From: Cycas panzhihuaensis
Lineage: Eukaryota; Plantae; Cycadophyta
Direction of reading: 5' to 3'
NCBI GenBank assembly: GCA_023213395.1
Contig: CM041465.1
Location: 120,473,741 to 120,537,740, forward strand
Length of the DNA stretch: 64,000 bases
The notes beneath the pieces are model-generated. The model saw only the letters and a list, made by a program, of their open reading frames with translations. It had not been told where the DNA came from and did no database searches. The translations under genes and the position numbers were made by a program. Below, in pieces: positions 24,693-38,193 of the stretch; position 1 is the stretch's first letter; each line of letters starts with the position of its first letter.

Positions 24693-27600
24693 TTTTTGGT
24701 AAGGTAAAAAATAATATTAGAAGGGGCTTTTTACCAGGTCCCCAAACCTTATACATCCAAGGCCAACCGGCCTAAGCAAGGTGACCATGACAAGCCCATG
24801 GCCTAGCTTACTCTAAGATCACTCCATTGACCTCCTGCATGTCTCTGTTATGTCCAGAAGATTCTATTCTAGTCAGACTCAGAAGTGCCTCCAAGAAGTT
24901 CCTTTTCTATGCCCTGTTCCTTTTATTTGCCACTACCCAATTTGCCAACCAGTCTGCCACCTTGTTTCCTTCCCTGTATGTGTTTGGAATCTGAACACTC
25001 TGTTTGGATCTCAGTACATCTTACACATCCCTAACGAGCTCACCAGTGCTCCACTCCAGCTCAGCTCCCCCCTTTAAGCTTTTAAACACAATAAAGGAAT
25101 AACCTTCAACTATAACTTTCTGTTCCTTCATCTCTTCCAGCATGGCTACAGCCTTATTCGTAGCCCTCACCTCCACTCCATGATTCGATTGACAACCATA
25201 ATATTCAGTAAATGCCCATATCACAGTTCCTACATGATCCCTACACAGCTTGCCCCCCCAGCCTCCCCGAGGTTACCTTTAGTTGCGCCATCAAAATTTA
25301 TTTTAATCCATGTTACTTCAGGCAGTGTCCAAGTTGATTCCCTCCTCTTCTTGATCCCACCCCTCGATCGATATATACCCCATCCATCTAAGATGCTTTC
25401 CTCCCCCATTGGGGTTCTGTCCTCCTTGGGGGGTTTTAACATCTCTAGAATGCCCCTTCTGATCATGCCGAACAACTTCTCTTCCTCTGTCTCCTTTCCA
25501 TGGAAAATTCTCCTATTATGCTTCTTCCATATATTCCAAGTACTTACTGGAAGGATTAGCTTCCAAAACCTTCCCAATGTTTTACTCTTAAATGAAGAAA
25601 CCTAGGATTTCCATTGGTCCCTCAAAGACCGAGAGAGAATCCAGTCTATTCCCATTCTAGACCAAAAGCCACCCCAAATCCCTCTCAAGTAGGGGCAATG
25701 AATACTCAAGTGATCCAGGGACTCAGCCTCCTCCCTGCATAAACCGCACCTGTTCACCACATAAATACCATGCTTCAGCAGATTATCTTTTGTTAAGAGC
25801 TTATTTTGTAAACATAACCACAAAAAAGTGGCAACCTTTGGGATAAGCCCCAATTTCCAAACCCCTACCAGCATGTCGTTCTTAGTCCATCCTTCTCTCT
25901 CTAACAACGACTTGTATCCATCTTTAACCGAATAAAATCCTGAAGGTGATATAGCCCACACCAGGGAATCAAGAGGGGTCCTCTTGGGAATATACTGTTG
26001 ATTTAATATATCTTTTACTCTCTGGATCTCCTCCTGGAAGCCGTGCTGGTTGTCAAACGTTCTCCACTTCCTATTCTTGCCCACTCCTATCCAATAATGC
26101 TTCACTAGTGTACTATATGTATCCTCACATACTCTTTGTAGGTTAGCGATATTTGGGATCTCACCCATCCTTGAAGAACTGCACCATTTGTCTTGCTAGA
26201 ATCTTATACTTTCATCATCCCCCACTTTCCATCGTAAGCCATTTCTCAGGATCTGGTGCAAGGACCATATAGCATTCCAAATGGGAGATCCGTAGACCTC
26301 TCTCACCTCATCCTTCAAAAAAATGCTTGTCCTCCAAATATTTTCTGGCTATTATTTCCCTCCACATGATGCCTTCTTCTTTAACTAATCTCCATCCCGC
26401 TTTGCCTAGGAGTACTTCATTAAGTAATCCCAGTCTCCTGACATTTAGCCCTCCCGCCCACTTAGGCTTACATACCTTCTCCCAAGATGCCAGATGAAAT
26501 CTATCTTTGTCCTCAGTTCCAAACCAAAGAAATCTCTTCATGATGCCTTCAAGGACTGAAATGACCTTGCTCGGCATCTTAAATAAAGATATTTGGTAGA
26601 CTGGGATACTCTGGAGAGAGGCCATGACTAGTTAAATCTTTCCCACCCAGCTCAGTAGCACCCCTTTCCAGCCTGCCAGTCTCCTGTTGAACCTCCCCAT
26701 AATAGGATCCCATAAATCCTTACACATCCTTCCCACAAAAAGAGGCATCCCTAGATAAGAGGCGGGTAGATGTCTAGTGGGAATTTCCAGGATTCTACTT
26801 ATCCGTCTTTGAAGCCTATCGGGGGTGTTGATGAAGAAGACAGAGCTCTTATCCAAGTTGATTCTTTAATTTGAGGCCCTCTCATAGGCCTAGAGGCCAA
26901 ATTTCAGGGCTCGGGCCTCACCAAGGGATGCCCTGCTCAGGAAGATGTTATTGTCCACAAACTGATGGTGAACAATATTTTCTAGGTTGGAGGAAGGCTT
27001 CAGTCCTGAGATCCACCCTAATCTCTTAGCTTCCTCGGTAGCACTTCCTAATATTTTAGCCATTATAATAAAAAGGAAGGGGGACAGTGGGTCTCCTTGC
27101 CTCAAGCCCCTGTGCCCGGGAAAAAAGGGGGTCGATCTATCGTTTATTATCACCGAAAACGAGATACTAGAGATACAACATCTCATCCATTCCCACCAGA
27201 CCTCCCCAAAACTAAACGCTTTGAGATAATCTAACAGACAGTCCCAGGCCACCCAGTCATAGGCTTTGGACATGTCTATTTTTATTATCATCCCTGCTTC
27301 TTTTCTGTGATAGGTCGGTGAATTGTTTCATTAACTGTTATTATCCCATCCATAATTTGTCTGCCCCTAACGAAACCATCCTAGTTAGGTAAAATAATAG
27401 ACGGTAGGCATTCTCTAAGGCGATTCACTAACACTTTAGCCAAATTTTTATATTTTACATTACATAGGCTTATCGGTCTAAAGTCTTCCATTGCTTTCAC
27501 CCCCTCCTTTTTCGAGATCAAGACTAAAAAAATAGCCTGCCATTCTTTCAAGATGGTCTTCCTTTGAAAAAACTCATTTAGTGCCGAGATTAGGTCATTC

Positions 27601-30600
27601 TTTATAATGTCCCAATACTCCTAGAAGAAGCTAGGCAGAAATCCGTCTAGCCCAGGGGCTTTATCCCTCCCCATTTTGAAGACGGCCTTCTAGACGTTGT
27701 CTGAAGATAACAGTTCAGTTAGTTTCATGTTCTGGGCGTCGCTAAGCGTAGTTGGAATATGTTACAGGAGATTTGTCCTTAGATCTAGATCCTGACAGCC
27801 AGGTTCTTCAAATAACTCTTTAAAGTAATCCATCGTTATTCCTTTTATCTGATCTTCAGTATCATTCATGACTCCATCCTTACTTCACATTTTACTTATT
27901 CTATTATAAGATCTATGCTTTAGTACTGACAAGTGGAAGAACTTAGTGTTTCTATCTCCCGCCTCTATCCATTGCTACCTCAATTTCTGCTTCCAGTGTA
28001 TTTCCTCCCTGGATAATACCTCCTCTAATCTTTTGGTGGTTGAATGTTCTAATTGATCCAAAATCTATGACCTACCCTCAATTTGGATCCTTTCTTCTAT
28101 CCTCTTCAGCTCCTCCCGCAGGTTTCCTTTGTCTTTAAAGATGTTTCTGAACACCTCCTTATTCCATATTTTAATCTATTTTTCAATCCAATCTAACTTT
28201 TTCAAAAATCTGAACATAGCAAACCCTGACATCAAGTATCCCCACCATTCACTAATCTTTTCTCTAAGATCAGGATGCTGTAACCACATTAACTCGAAGT
28301 GGAATGGGGCCCCACCTTCCTTCCCTAGGTAGGAAGACTCCATAACCCAAGGGGAATGATCCAAGGCTATTTTCGGAAGAGCCTCGAGCTTGATATCCTC
28401 AAACTGGCAAGTCCATTCATAGTTGGTTAACATTCTGTCTAACTTGATCTGGATATGACTGTGACCTAATCTCCTGTTAGACTAGGTATACTTGGCTCCC
28501 CTTAAAGGGATGTCCATTAAACCATCGAATTGTAGAAAATCCCTGAAATTAGACATACTCCTAGACCATCCCACTTGAGCCCCTTTCTTTTCCTCCGAGT
28601 TGAGAGCTGTATTGAAGTCCCCAGCCACCAGCCAAGGGCCTTGCCATTCCTTATGTACCTCCACTATTCTTTCCCATAACCTCTTCCTTCCCTCCATCGT
28701 CGTAGGAGCATATATGTTGGTTATCCAGTAAGGTCTGTTTGTCCTTGCACAAGCCAAACAAAGTATGATGAAGTGTTCACTTTTGACCACCACAAATCCT
28801 TTCCACTTATCTGGATTCCAGAGAGTAGCCAGCCCCCCAGCGCCCATTGGTCCCTTTGAGGTACATCGTTCCCCCCTCCTCTAGATCTTCTTGAATACCT
28901 CTATCTCCTTTTTCTGTTCGATTTTCATCTCCTGCAACAGGACTACATCCACACTCATCCTGATCCTCAATTCCTTTACCATTCTCTGCTTTGATGGGGC
29001 ATTAAGACCCCTTATATTCCATGATGAGACCCTCAAGGTCATCCCAGTTGCTTTTCTATCATCCTTTCCTACTTCTGAGGAGAGGGCCTTCAAACTGTCC
29101 CCCCTCCTTGCGAGTACTTTGGATCCCCAGATCGATTTGGGCCACTATTTCCTTTTCCTTGGTCGCCTTTTTAGATGGTCTTCCGACCCTCTTCTCAATC
29201 CCAAAGTCAGGAACCATTTTCAGGTCCAGAGTGCCGCTTTTATCTTTAAAGATCCATTTTCGAATACCTCCTCCTCCCTTCCCCTGTACATCTCTTCTCC
29301 CAGCCTCTTATGTTGCTTTCCCCAACAACCCCTCCCCTTGGTCTAGTTCCTGCACCCTCCCCTCCTCTGCTTCTAAGAGGTAGTCTTCCTCATTCTAGTT
29401 AATCTCCTTCGCTTGCCCAAACGAAACTGGCTCTATCGTCATAAGAGGCTCAACCTCTATTTCACTAGCTTGACCATCGATCCTTGGAAGTCCCGCTGTC
29501 TGATCTCCAGTGCTCTCTGCTATTGAGCCATGTTCTTGATTCAGAGTTTAACCCATCACCTCTTGGGACTTGTTAGCGTCTGTGGCCGGGTTCTCAACCG
29601 CAATTTCACTAGCTTGACCGTTAATCCTTTGAAGTCCCACTATCTGATCTTTAATGCTCTCCATTGTTGAGCCTTGTTCTAGAATCAGAGTCTGGCCCAT
29701 CACCTCTTAGGGCTTGAAAGCATCTGTGGCCATGTCCTCACCTCTGGTCACTTCTAACTCCTTTGCTTCTTTCTCTTTACTATCCTCTCCCTTATTAGTA
29801 TTTGGTAGGATTGGGACACCTAGACATTGAAAGGGTAAATGGCCCTTACATTTGCATTTTGTACACCTGAAACCCTCCGCTTTATAAAATATTCTTTATT
29901 TAATAAACCTTCCTGTCGATTCGATATCAATTTCTTTTATGAGGTCATAGTCCAATCTAGCTAGGACACAAAATTTGGCATTCATCAATCATGATCTATT
30001 TTTTGTCACTGAATCCAACGCTAATAAGGGACTAATCGTCCTAGCTGTGCCTTTAATCACCTCTGGATTCCAGAAATATAGTGGTAACCCCGGTAACTGC
30101 ACTCACACTGTTGTTTGTTTAACCATTGGGATTGTCAGATCAAAGTCTGGATGCCATTTTTCCAGAGACATGGCTTTTCTGCTAAACATCCAATGTGATT
30201 TTAAGAAGATGATAATCATATCCTCTTGATTTACAAATCTAAAAAGGATACATCCCCTTGGCATAGCCATCGCCTCTACCGAATTCCTAGTTTTCCATTT
30301 ATTTCTTATCCACCCTCGAATAATATCCAACCCCGATCTAGATCCAGAAAACCTACCCACCAAACTATTCTCCCAATATTGAATGGTCTTCTCAGTTAAC
30401 TCCTTCAGAACTATAATTTTAAACCGATTGTCTTTCAGCACAGGGTAAATCTCATATTCTTCAAAGTTTCCTCCTTTCAGGGCATCAAGGTAAGTCCTTC
30501 CCGTAGGAGAGGACTGGGTCTGATCTATTTGTTCTTTCATCATATTAAATAACTAGTACCAAAATTGAAACAAAGCTTCATGTACTCACCACTCTTTTGA

Positions 30601-31262
30601 GTCCATGAATTTTATCCTTGGGATTTCTTCCTTCTTCCAAAAACTGGATGTATAAATTGGATCTTTTTGTTGTCTCTTATAGCTTGGATCGACTCTTTCC
30701 TACATAAGATAAAACACTATATGGCCTCCTCCATTTAACCACCTCCGTCGCCAGTTTGAACCACACCTACTTGTACCTTAGAGTTAGGGTTTTGGCTCCG
30801 CCTTCACCATGCAAACCCGGCTCTTCACTCCTTTGCTTTTCTTTTAACCTGTGTGGTTCATAACTCGGAACTTGTATGCTACTACCGTCCGTTAGTGTCT
30901 CTCTCCTTCTGAGTAACCTTCTACCTGGTCTGACCATGTTCCTCAGCCCGCCTTTCTTCCCTGTTCCAAAGCCATCACCGTCTTCAGCCTTAGAAGGGCG
31001 AAAGAAGATAGTCATAGATATGGGGCGTACCTTCGTCCCGCCCGAACTTACAAGCTGCGATACCTCATAGTTTTTGCACAGCTAGGAGGCCGCTGAGGGC
31101 CCCCATCTCCATTCGGGTTGAAACCTACCCATCTCACATACGCCTGCCCGTCTGCCATCCAAACCCTTACTCTCCAGTCTCCCATCTCCATAGTCACCTG
31201 CCCGTTTGTCGCTCCAGTCGCCTGCCATTCCAAGTTGTTTAAAGCTTGCACCAAGTGAAAAT
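24693..31262 (-). mobile_element. Near full-length L1-clade LINE (ORF1 DUF4283 + CCHC; ORF2 EN-RT-zf-RNase H), decayed, with 18-bp TSD
   Basis: TSD ttatagtccttcttcctt (24675-24692) / ttatggcccttcttcctt (31263-31280); T-tract at 24691; ORF1 WENSLVGRF..ILFRFVNQED..LEKWHPDF and FRCTKCKCKGHLPFQC; ORF2 SWNIRGLN, GDFN, GLRQGDPLSPFLF, WIKINFDGATKGN. Confidence 0.93.
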
Positions 31263-31614
31263 TTATGGCCCTTCTTCCTTAATCTCTACTCTAGTTTCTA
31301 ATTTTATTCCAATATTATTATTATATTTATTTGGTCCTTGCCTATTCCTCAGGAGGATCTCTTGTTTCTTTGACATCACCTCTACAAGCTCTTCTACCCT
31401 TCTTTACAGTTCTTGAATTCTCTTATTCAATTGTGTATTCCTCCCTTTACCCATCATGTATCTCAAGTTATTTATTTTCTTCTTATAAATACTTTCAATC
31501 TACTTATAGTAACTTTTAAATATATTTCAAAAGAAAATATAAAACTTGCTAATAATTTGTTTTAAGCTTCTTCTTCCTCTCCTCTTAAAAGTTAAACCAT
31601 GCTCTTATACCAAA

Positions 31615-32247
31615 TGAGGGGGAAGTGATTCCTTTAACAATACATGCATCCGAAGAAAATAAACTATCTACTAAATTAAAGCAGAACTAGACTTCATAAG
31701 AACACCTTTTTTTATAAAATTTTTAGTTTTTTATTCTAAAATTAATAAAACTTAAAAAAAAAAAGAGTTTTGATATTATATAATTTTAAAAATTTGAAGC
31801 ATTTATCTCTCTAAAAATTCTAACTAGCATCCCCTAAAATAAGGAAACTGACTTGGAGCAAAAAATCCTCTAAATCTAAAACTTTTTATGTTTAGTAAAA
31901 ATTTGAAAGATTTTTAAATCATATAAAAATTAACCTATAGGTAGTTAAACATGATACAAGCCTTACAAAAACATAAACAAAGTAAAATTAGTCCCCTAAC
32001 TAAGAAAAATAATACCCATAAGATGTTATGAAAGTGTTAGACCCTTAGATGATCTTTTTTGGGCTCAAAAATATCATGAATAAGACATTAATTAATATCA
32101 TAAGTCATTCTATAAAGTGCATTTTTCAAAGAGCTATATTAAAATAATATTGATAATAAAATAGGCCCAAATAGACACTCAAATCAAAAGCTATGACCCT
32201 AATAAGTTGACCCTTCAAATGTAAAACTTGTAGGTGCTTTTACATCA
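31615..32247 (-). repeat. 5' LTR of the gypsy element
   Basis: TGA..TCA termini, 2 nt from the reverse tRNA-Met PBS at 31601-31612. Confidence 0.8.
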
Positions 32248-35039
32248 TCTAACTATCTAAGGCTAATGTATAACAAATTCCATAAGAACAACTATCTATA
32301 AGATGTAAACTATCTTAAGTTTTGATATAAAATGTGTAAATAAATACCTATTTTCTCCCCCTAATTTAGCATTTATGACTAGCTAAATTATTGACATTTT
32401 TAAAGTAAGGATCCTAAGAAGAAGAAAGTGGTTTCTATGAGTGATATTATTTAGTGACCTCTTATACTTCTTGGAGTCCATAAAGAAATGATGATGATTT
32501 GCTTAACCATAAACATGGAAGAATAATTTCCCTCTAAATGGGGATTATTCTTTGTAGGGTCCTTCATTTATTTTAAAGAGGATAAAAGATTTGAAGAGCT
32601 ACTATCATAGCATTGATGATCATCTAGCTACACATTCTTCCATATATATATAAGAAGGAGCCATCTTAGCGTGGCATTAACACCTCCATATGTGGTTAAA
32701 GTAGGGCTTGTTTTTTCCATGTATTTATTTCTTTAGTAAACATTTATTTTAAATTTAAAAATGGAACTAATTAATTTGTTAACTTTACTTCAATTATGAT
32801 TATCTATTTGTACATGTTATCTTGTTATTAATTAGAGAATGCTTAATTTTCATATAAAATATGCCATCATAACTAAAACTAATTATAAGAGAGGAAATAT
32901 ACTCATATGCTTATAGCTCTATATCTTATGCATGTAGGTATTTATGACTTTGAAGCAAGATATATCAAGAGTGCAACATATTAATTTGATCTTATTGACT
33001 TCTTAAGCTATTACAAAATTTAGTTATTTATCACGTCTTTTCACCTTATCCAATAATTTATTTATTGTATGTCTTATACCCTTACAATCCTTGTTTTGTG
33101 TGTTTCGTTTATAATAAAGCCCAACCACTCCTATCAAACCAAAACCACCACTAATAAAATGGTAATCATATTAAGGAGCTTTCTCTTTTTAACTTTTATA
33201 CATTTGTATTAGTGTAGAAGAATAAATAAATAACTAAGGCTTTATTTCTCAATTTATCTATAAACTTTCCTTCTTCTTTTTTTTATTTCTTATATTTTAA
33301 TTATTCTACAAACTTTTTTGTTGATTTTTTTATAAATTTTACTGAAAAACTTACTTTCTTATGAATTTGTATGGTTTTCTACTCTATAAAGTAGGAAACA
33401 ATATTGATATTTGAGGAAATAACATTGATTTTTGGGTCCTCTTTTTAAAAAGACTTTATGTTAGTCTTTAATTTTTCTTTTTACATGTCAAATCTATTAT
33501 TTTAAAGAACTAAAGAACTTAATTTATATTTTTCTAAGGTCTTACTCTTCATTTTTATTTTACATATTCATGATTTCATATTAATGATAAAGTACACACT
33601 TGAAATGGACTTGCTCATAATCAATATCCTACAATCAGCATTGATCCCCTATAATGATATCTAATTGGTTTGGAAGACCCTCCATGATGTCCACTTTAAC
33701 ATAAATTTAGGCAAAAGAGATAACCTTTCAAGCAGTAGTAGATTCTATAACCTTAAGAAATAGCCCTAAGGACGAATGAATAACCTCAAAAGCCTTATCA
33801 CTCTAATAATATAATGAAAAAAATGGGATATTTATCCACATTATAATAGAACTAGGAATTTCTTACCACATATTAAACAACAGATCCTAATAGTTCATTA
33901 ACAACCCACTCTAGGCCATAAACTAGGGTCCCCTATTAAAAGCCATATCCATATCACTAATACTCTTGAAGATAACCATAGAGAAACCTTGATCCACTTT
34001 ATAACTTTTACATTCCTGAGAGATTAATGGAATTCAATTGCATTGGATCCATGTACTCAAACCTCTTAGTAAGGGCCATAAATTAAAGAATTGATAAATA
34101 AGTCCACCATTAGTTAATGACCCATTGTCTTTAAATAGAAAACTCAAGCTATACTCAAGATAGAGGTTGCATGCCTTACATTTAACACAACAACCCTGTT
34201 TAAGGGGTCGATCTTCTTTTTCTCTTAGAGAAGGGCAAACATCATAAGAGATGGAATGATGTAGGCATTAAGAATCATTTTCTATAATAACTACCCTATT
34301 AATTCAAAAATGTATCTCCTTCTACCATCTTACCCAACAAGCCTCTTTCCACACCCAACTCTTTATTAGGTTACTGAGATTATAAGTTGGTATTTATATT
34401 CCTTGTATTCTTAATTCTAAGTATTATTTATGGTTACATAATCCTAAGTTTCTTTTTTCTAGCCTAAGTCTAGTTATTAAGAGTCAAAACCACTACTAAA
34501 CACTTGAGGTTAGATTTTTAGATAAAAAGGGCTATAACAAAGCTAAAAAATAAAGGGGGAAATATTAACTAAGCTGCATTACTACTTGACACCTAAATGC
34601 TTCTTAAAATATTTAAAGACTTAAGATTAGGATAAATAGACTTACTAACTATATTTATCATACTTTGCCATCCTAAGATACCCTTATTTATATTAAAGGG
34701 CCTTAAAGATCCTCTTTTATCTCAAGGTAAGGCATTGATGGCTTACATTTTACTAATATTCTTAAAATTTCTATATAAACTAATATAATATTGAATGGTT
34801 CTATATCTTATATTTAAAAAATCAAATTAACTATGATACCATATTCCATTTTTTAACTTCTTATTGTTCTAATGAAAACCCTCATTAACCTAATTAGATG
34901 AAGTTATATATTTCCAGTGTCAACTTTTTTAATTTTTTATGAACACAAGCCTCATATATTCAACTTATATAGCCTCCAATAGCTCACATTAAAGTTTAAA
35001 CTAATTTGTCATTTCCTTGAGATATTTTAATAAATGTAA

Positions 35040-35535
35040 TAGAAGAGTAGAATCTCATAAGAATATACTATAATCCATAAGAACACAAGGAAGAATGACA
35101 TATCTTGAGTAGTACAGGAAAGATAAATAGCAAGAGAAAGAGGGAACATGAGTGAGCTTGCTTAAAATTTTCTTCCTTTACTACACACACACACACACAC
35201 ACATATACATACACACACACATATATATATATATATATAATGAAATGTAAGTACATATATAATAAGAAAAAGGCAGTTGGTGGTAGTTTCTACCCTTAGC
35301 TAACCTTTTATGATTAATTTATAACTAATTGAGTTTATATTAATTATCCTTGATCTAGGCTTATTAGACTGATTACATTAATTATGGACTCTTTAGGACT
35401 ATAACTTACATTACAAAATACATCTCTTTGTACCAAAAAGTACTTACTTTTAAGTATTTATAACTCTAATTCATGGTATACACTCATGGTATATGATATA
35501 CATAATTAAATTTATCACTTCCTCTCTTCTTTAGG
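35040..35535 (-). repeat. LTR-like dispersed repeat, copy 1 (related to ~41460-41885)
   Basis: Shared blocks attacattaattatg..ttaggactataactta and atgatatacataat..atca, each followed by a pyrimidine tract (reverse PPT). Confidence 0.55.
35183..35238. repeat. Compound (CA)n(TA)n microsatellite
   Basis: Directly visible acacac...atatatat run. Confidence 0.95.
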
Positions 35536-38193
35536 GAGATTGACCCAAAATTCATTGGATTTAGTGGATATATAAGAGTTGACCCAAAATGGCTTGGGAG
35601 AACCATATCATATTCTCCTTATCTATTAAATGGGAAGATGAAGCTATATAGTATTACTTTGTACCATGAAGTATTCTAATGAATATGGAAATGACTAGTC
35701 TTATATGACAATCTTTTTTTACTTGTAGGAGACAATTACTAATGTAAGAATAATGTTTGATTTATAGTAGGTGACAATAGATTTACATGCCTCAAAAAAT
35801 AGATTTTCAATGCACACTAAATAAGAGTCATATAGAGTAGAGATGAGCTCATTATTCCCTTTTTCTATGTGATGTGTCATGGTACTTATGGATACAATGT
35901 TGTGATATGTTATTTATATTATGTGTGAACTTACTAAAATCCCTAAGCTATCTATATATTCATTTGAAACCTTGGCTAGAGGTATGAGAGTATGTTCATT
36001 CATGGGAAAACTATGAGGAGTAGCATGTATCTACTCCTCTTTCTCATAGACCAGTGATGTAGATACCATTAGTAATGTTAGTTCTATTATAAAGTCACAT
36101 GGCAAAGAAAAATACTCCTTTGGTAAAGAGATATCTAATATGAGATCCATATGTTATTGATCCATAATATCTAATGAAGTGAATAGTAGAATAGAAGATT
36201 CCATTTTCTCTAAGGTTAATGATGGTATCAAGATCTATTGTTAAGGTGTACATTACTTCTACTAATATAATTATACTTATGGTAGTAAAGGTGGCCAAAT
36301 TGAGTCAAGAATTAGAATTGTAAAATGTGAAGGTGCCACAATAGCATGGCAACTACTTGTATATATGGCAAAGAGCCTATTAAAATTGCTTGCAAAAATT
36401 AAAGAGGAATAGTAAGATAAATATATCCCTAAGCACACGTTTACTTGTTCATGTATGAAGACATGATCTTCATGGTATCTTAAAACATTCACATCATTTT
36501 TTCTTAAAACATCAACATCATATCATTTAGCCATCATTCATGACCACAACGATGTTCTTTGAGCTCTTATTTAAGGGCTTCATCCTCCTTTTAGAGTGCT
36601 TATAGGAATTTCTCTCTTAAATATGTAGTGCTTTAATGAAATACGGTGTCTAGTTGGCGATAATATCTAAAAGTAGCTAATGTTTCATTTGATGTGTCAC
36701 TAGATGATGATTGGTATTCTAAGGAGAATGTTAACCTCCTTTAAGTACCTAAAAGGGTTGTGAAGAAGCAATTGGCTACTTATTATTGAAGGGATTGTGG
36801 AAGAGAAATTATGCTAAATTGGACTCTTTTATTGTCTCAAAGGAAAATTGACTTAATCATCTACTAACAATTTTAAAACCATTTCTCAATGGTGTTCCTG
36901 ATTTACGAGTAGTGTCCTTGTAGCATAGAAACCTAGTGTATGATCCAAGGTAGGGGACTTTTGCATCCAAGGGTTAAGTCCTTCAGTAACATATTGGAGC
37001 TATAGGAGTTTGCTAATACCTTTAGTTTTAAGCATATGTTAGTGTATATACAAATCCATAAAAGAGGTGGGTATGATAAAAGATTCAAAAAGTAAGGAAG
37101 AATGCTCTTAAAAGCATGAATATCATAAATTAGGATTAATGCATATATATACGTCAATGTTTTAACTATTAATGGTTATAATGGTAAGTGTTAGCATTAT
37201 AGAAATTTTCATTACTAACTAGAGTGGGCTCCCATTTTAACCTTAGGACCAATTTGAGTATGAAAACTATATATTAATATGGTTTATACAATTGCTAAGT
37301 GATTTTTTAATGACTTGTTGAGCCTTTGTAGCCATTTACGATTATAAAATGATGAAAACCACTTTTATAAAGTTTTGGCCTTCATAATTGATTGTGAAAT
37401 ATTATTTATTTAAATTAGAATACTCTAATTTAGTAAATTTTGATAACTATAGTTAGATTTCTAGGTGCTTTGGACCATATGCATTTTGTGTGGCAAACTC
37501 TACAAATTCAACCTTTGTAAATTTTGATTGGCTCAACCAATGCCAAATGCATCTTAGTTTTTCTAGGCTCTCATTTAACAATCCATGTATTCTTGATAGT
37601 TTAGAGGATCGATGGACTTTGTATATGTAAATGATGATTTATGAGCATGTAACGATAAATTTCATCGAGTGTCTATGTTCTTGTCCTTAATCCTTGTGTG
37701 AGCTTTTGTAAAGTGTTCTTCCTCCATGTTATGAGATTCTAACTCATCTTTATAAATGATGCAAGCAAATCTTGCACTACACCTTTCTTCTTATCAATGC
37801 TTCATTAATATACCATATCTAACATCTTTATAAAAGATATTTATGAAAAAGATGTAAGCTTGTGGCAATGCTTGATAGTAATTTCAATAAACCACTGATG
37901 CAACATTTATCATAGTGCTTAGCTGCCACTATATTCACAACAATTACAATAATTAATATAAGAAATGTGAATGTCAGATTATTGAACATCAAAGGAGTAA
38001 CAACTATTTTAGAAATTTTAATATTGGATTATAAGACTTTTAGAAATTCTTCAAGGCTTCTTTTATGAGAGCCTTAATTACTATATTCTATAGGGTATTT
38101 AATAATTGCTTTTAATTTTCCAAGAGAAATTCTCTTAGTTAAACTTTGAAATGTACTTATTATTACTATTGGAGATTATACTATGAGGGTGAA

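Larger units (their letters stand above)
4452..32247 (-). mobile_element. Ancient Ty3/gypsy chromovirus (CRM-like) interrupted by nested insertions
   Basis: LTR pair ~4452-5035 and 31615-32247 (both end ..aacttgtaggtgctYttaYatca); reverse PPT tcctctcttgc at 5036; reverse PBS gctcttatacca at 31601-31612; gag at 31280-31600, 24141-24690 and 18800-19228, protease ~18500-18770, RT ~17350-18200, RNase H ~16920-17305, integrase ~15600-16700, chromodomain ~15440-15600. Confidence 0.8.

Noticed and set aside
28891-29383. Plus-strand ORFs (151 aa, 120 aa) and similar antisense ORFs such as 25180-25605 and 59323-59715
   Set aside because: Antisense shadows of purine-skewed TE coding strands
32250-38190. 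Protein-coding genes among short ORFs in the AT-rich region
   Set aside because: Only faint LINE/gypsy-like traces and random short ORFs; nothing supportable
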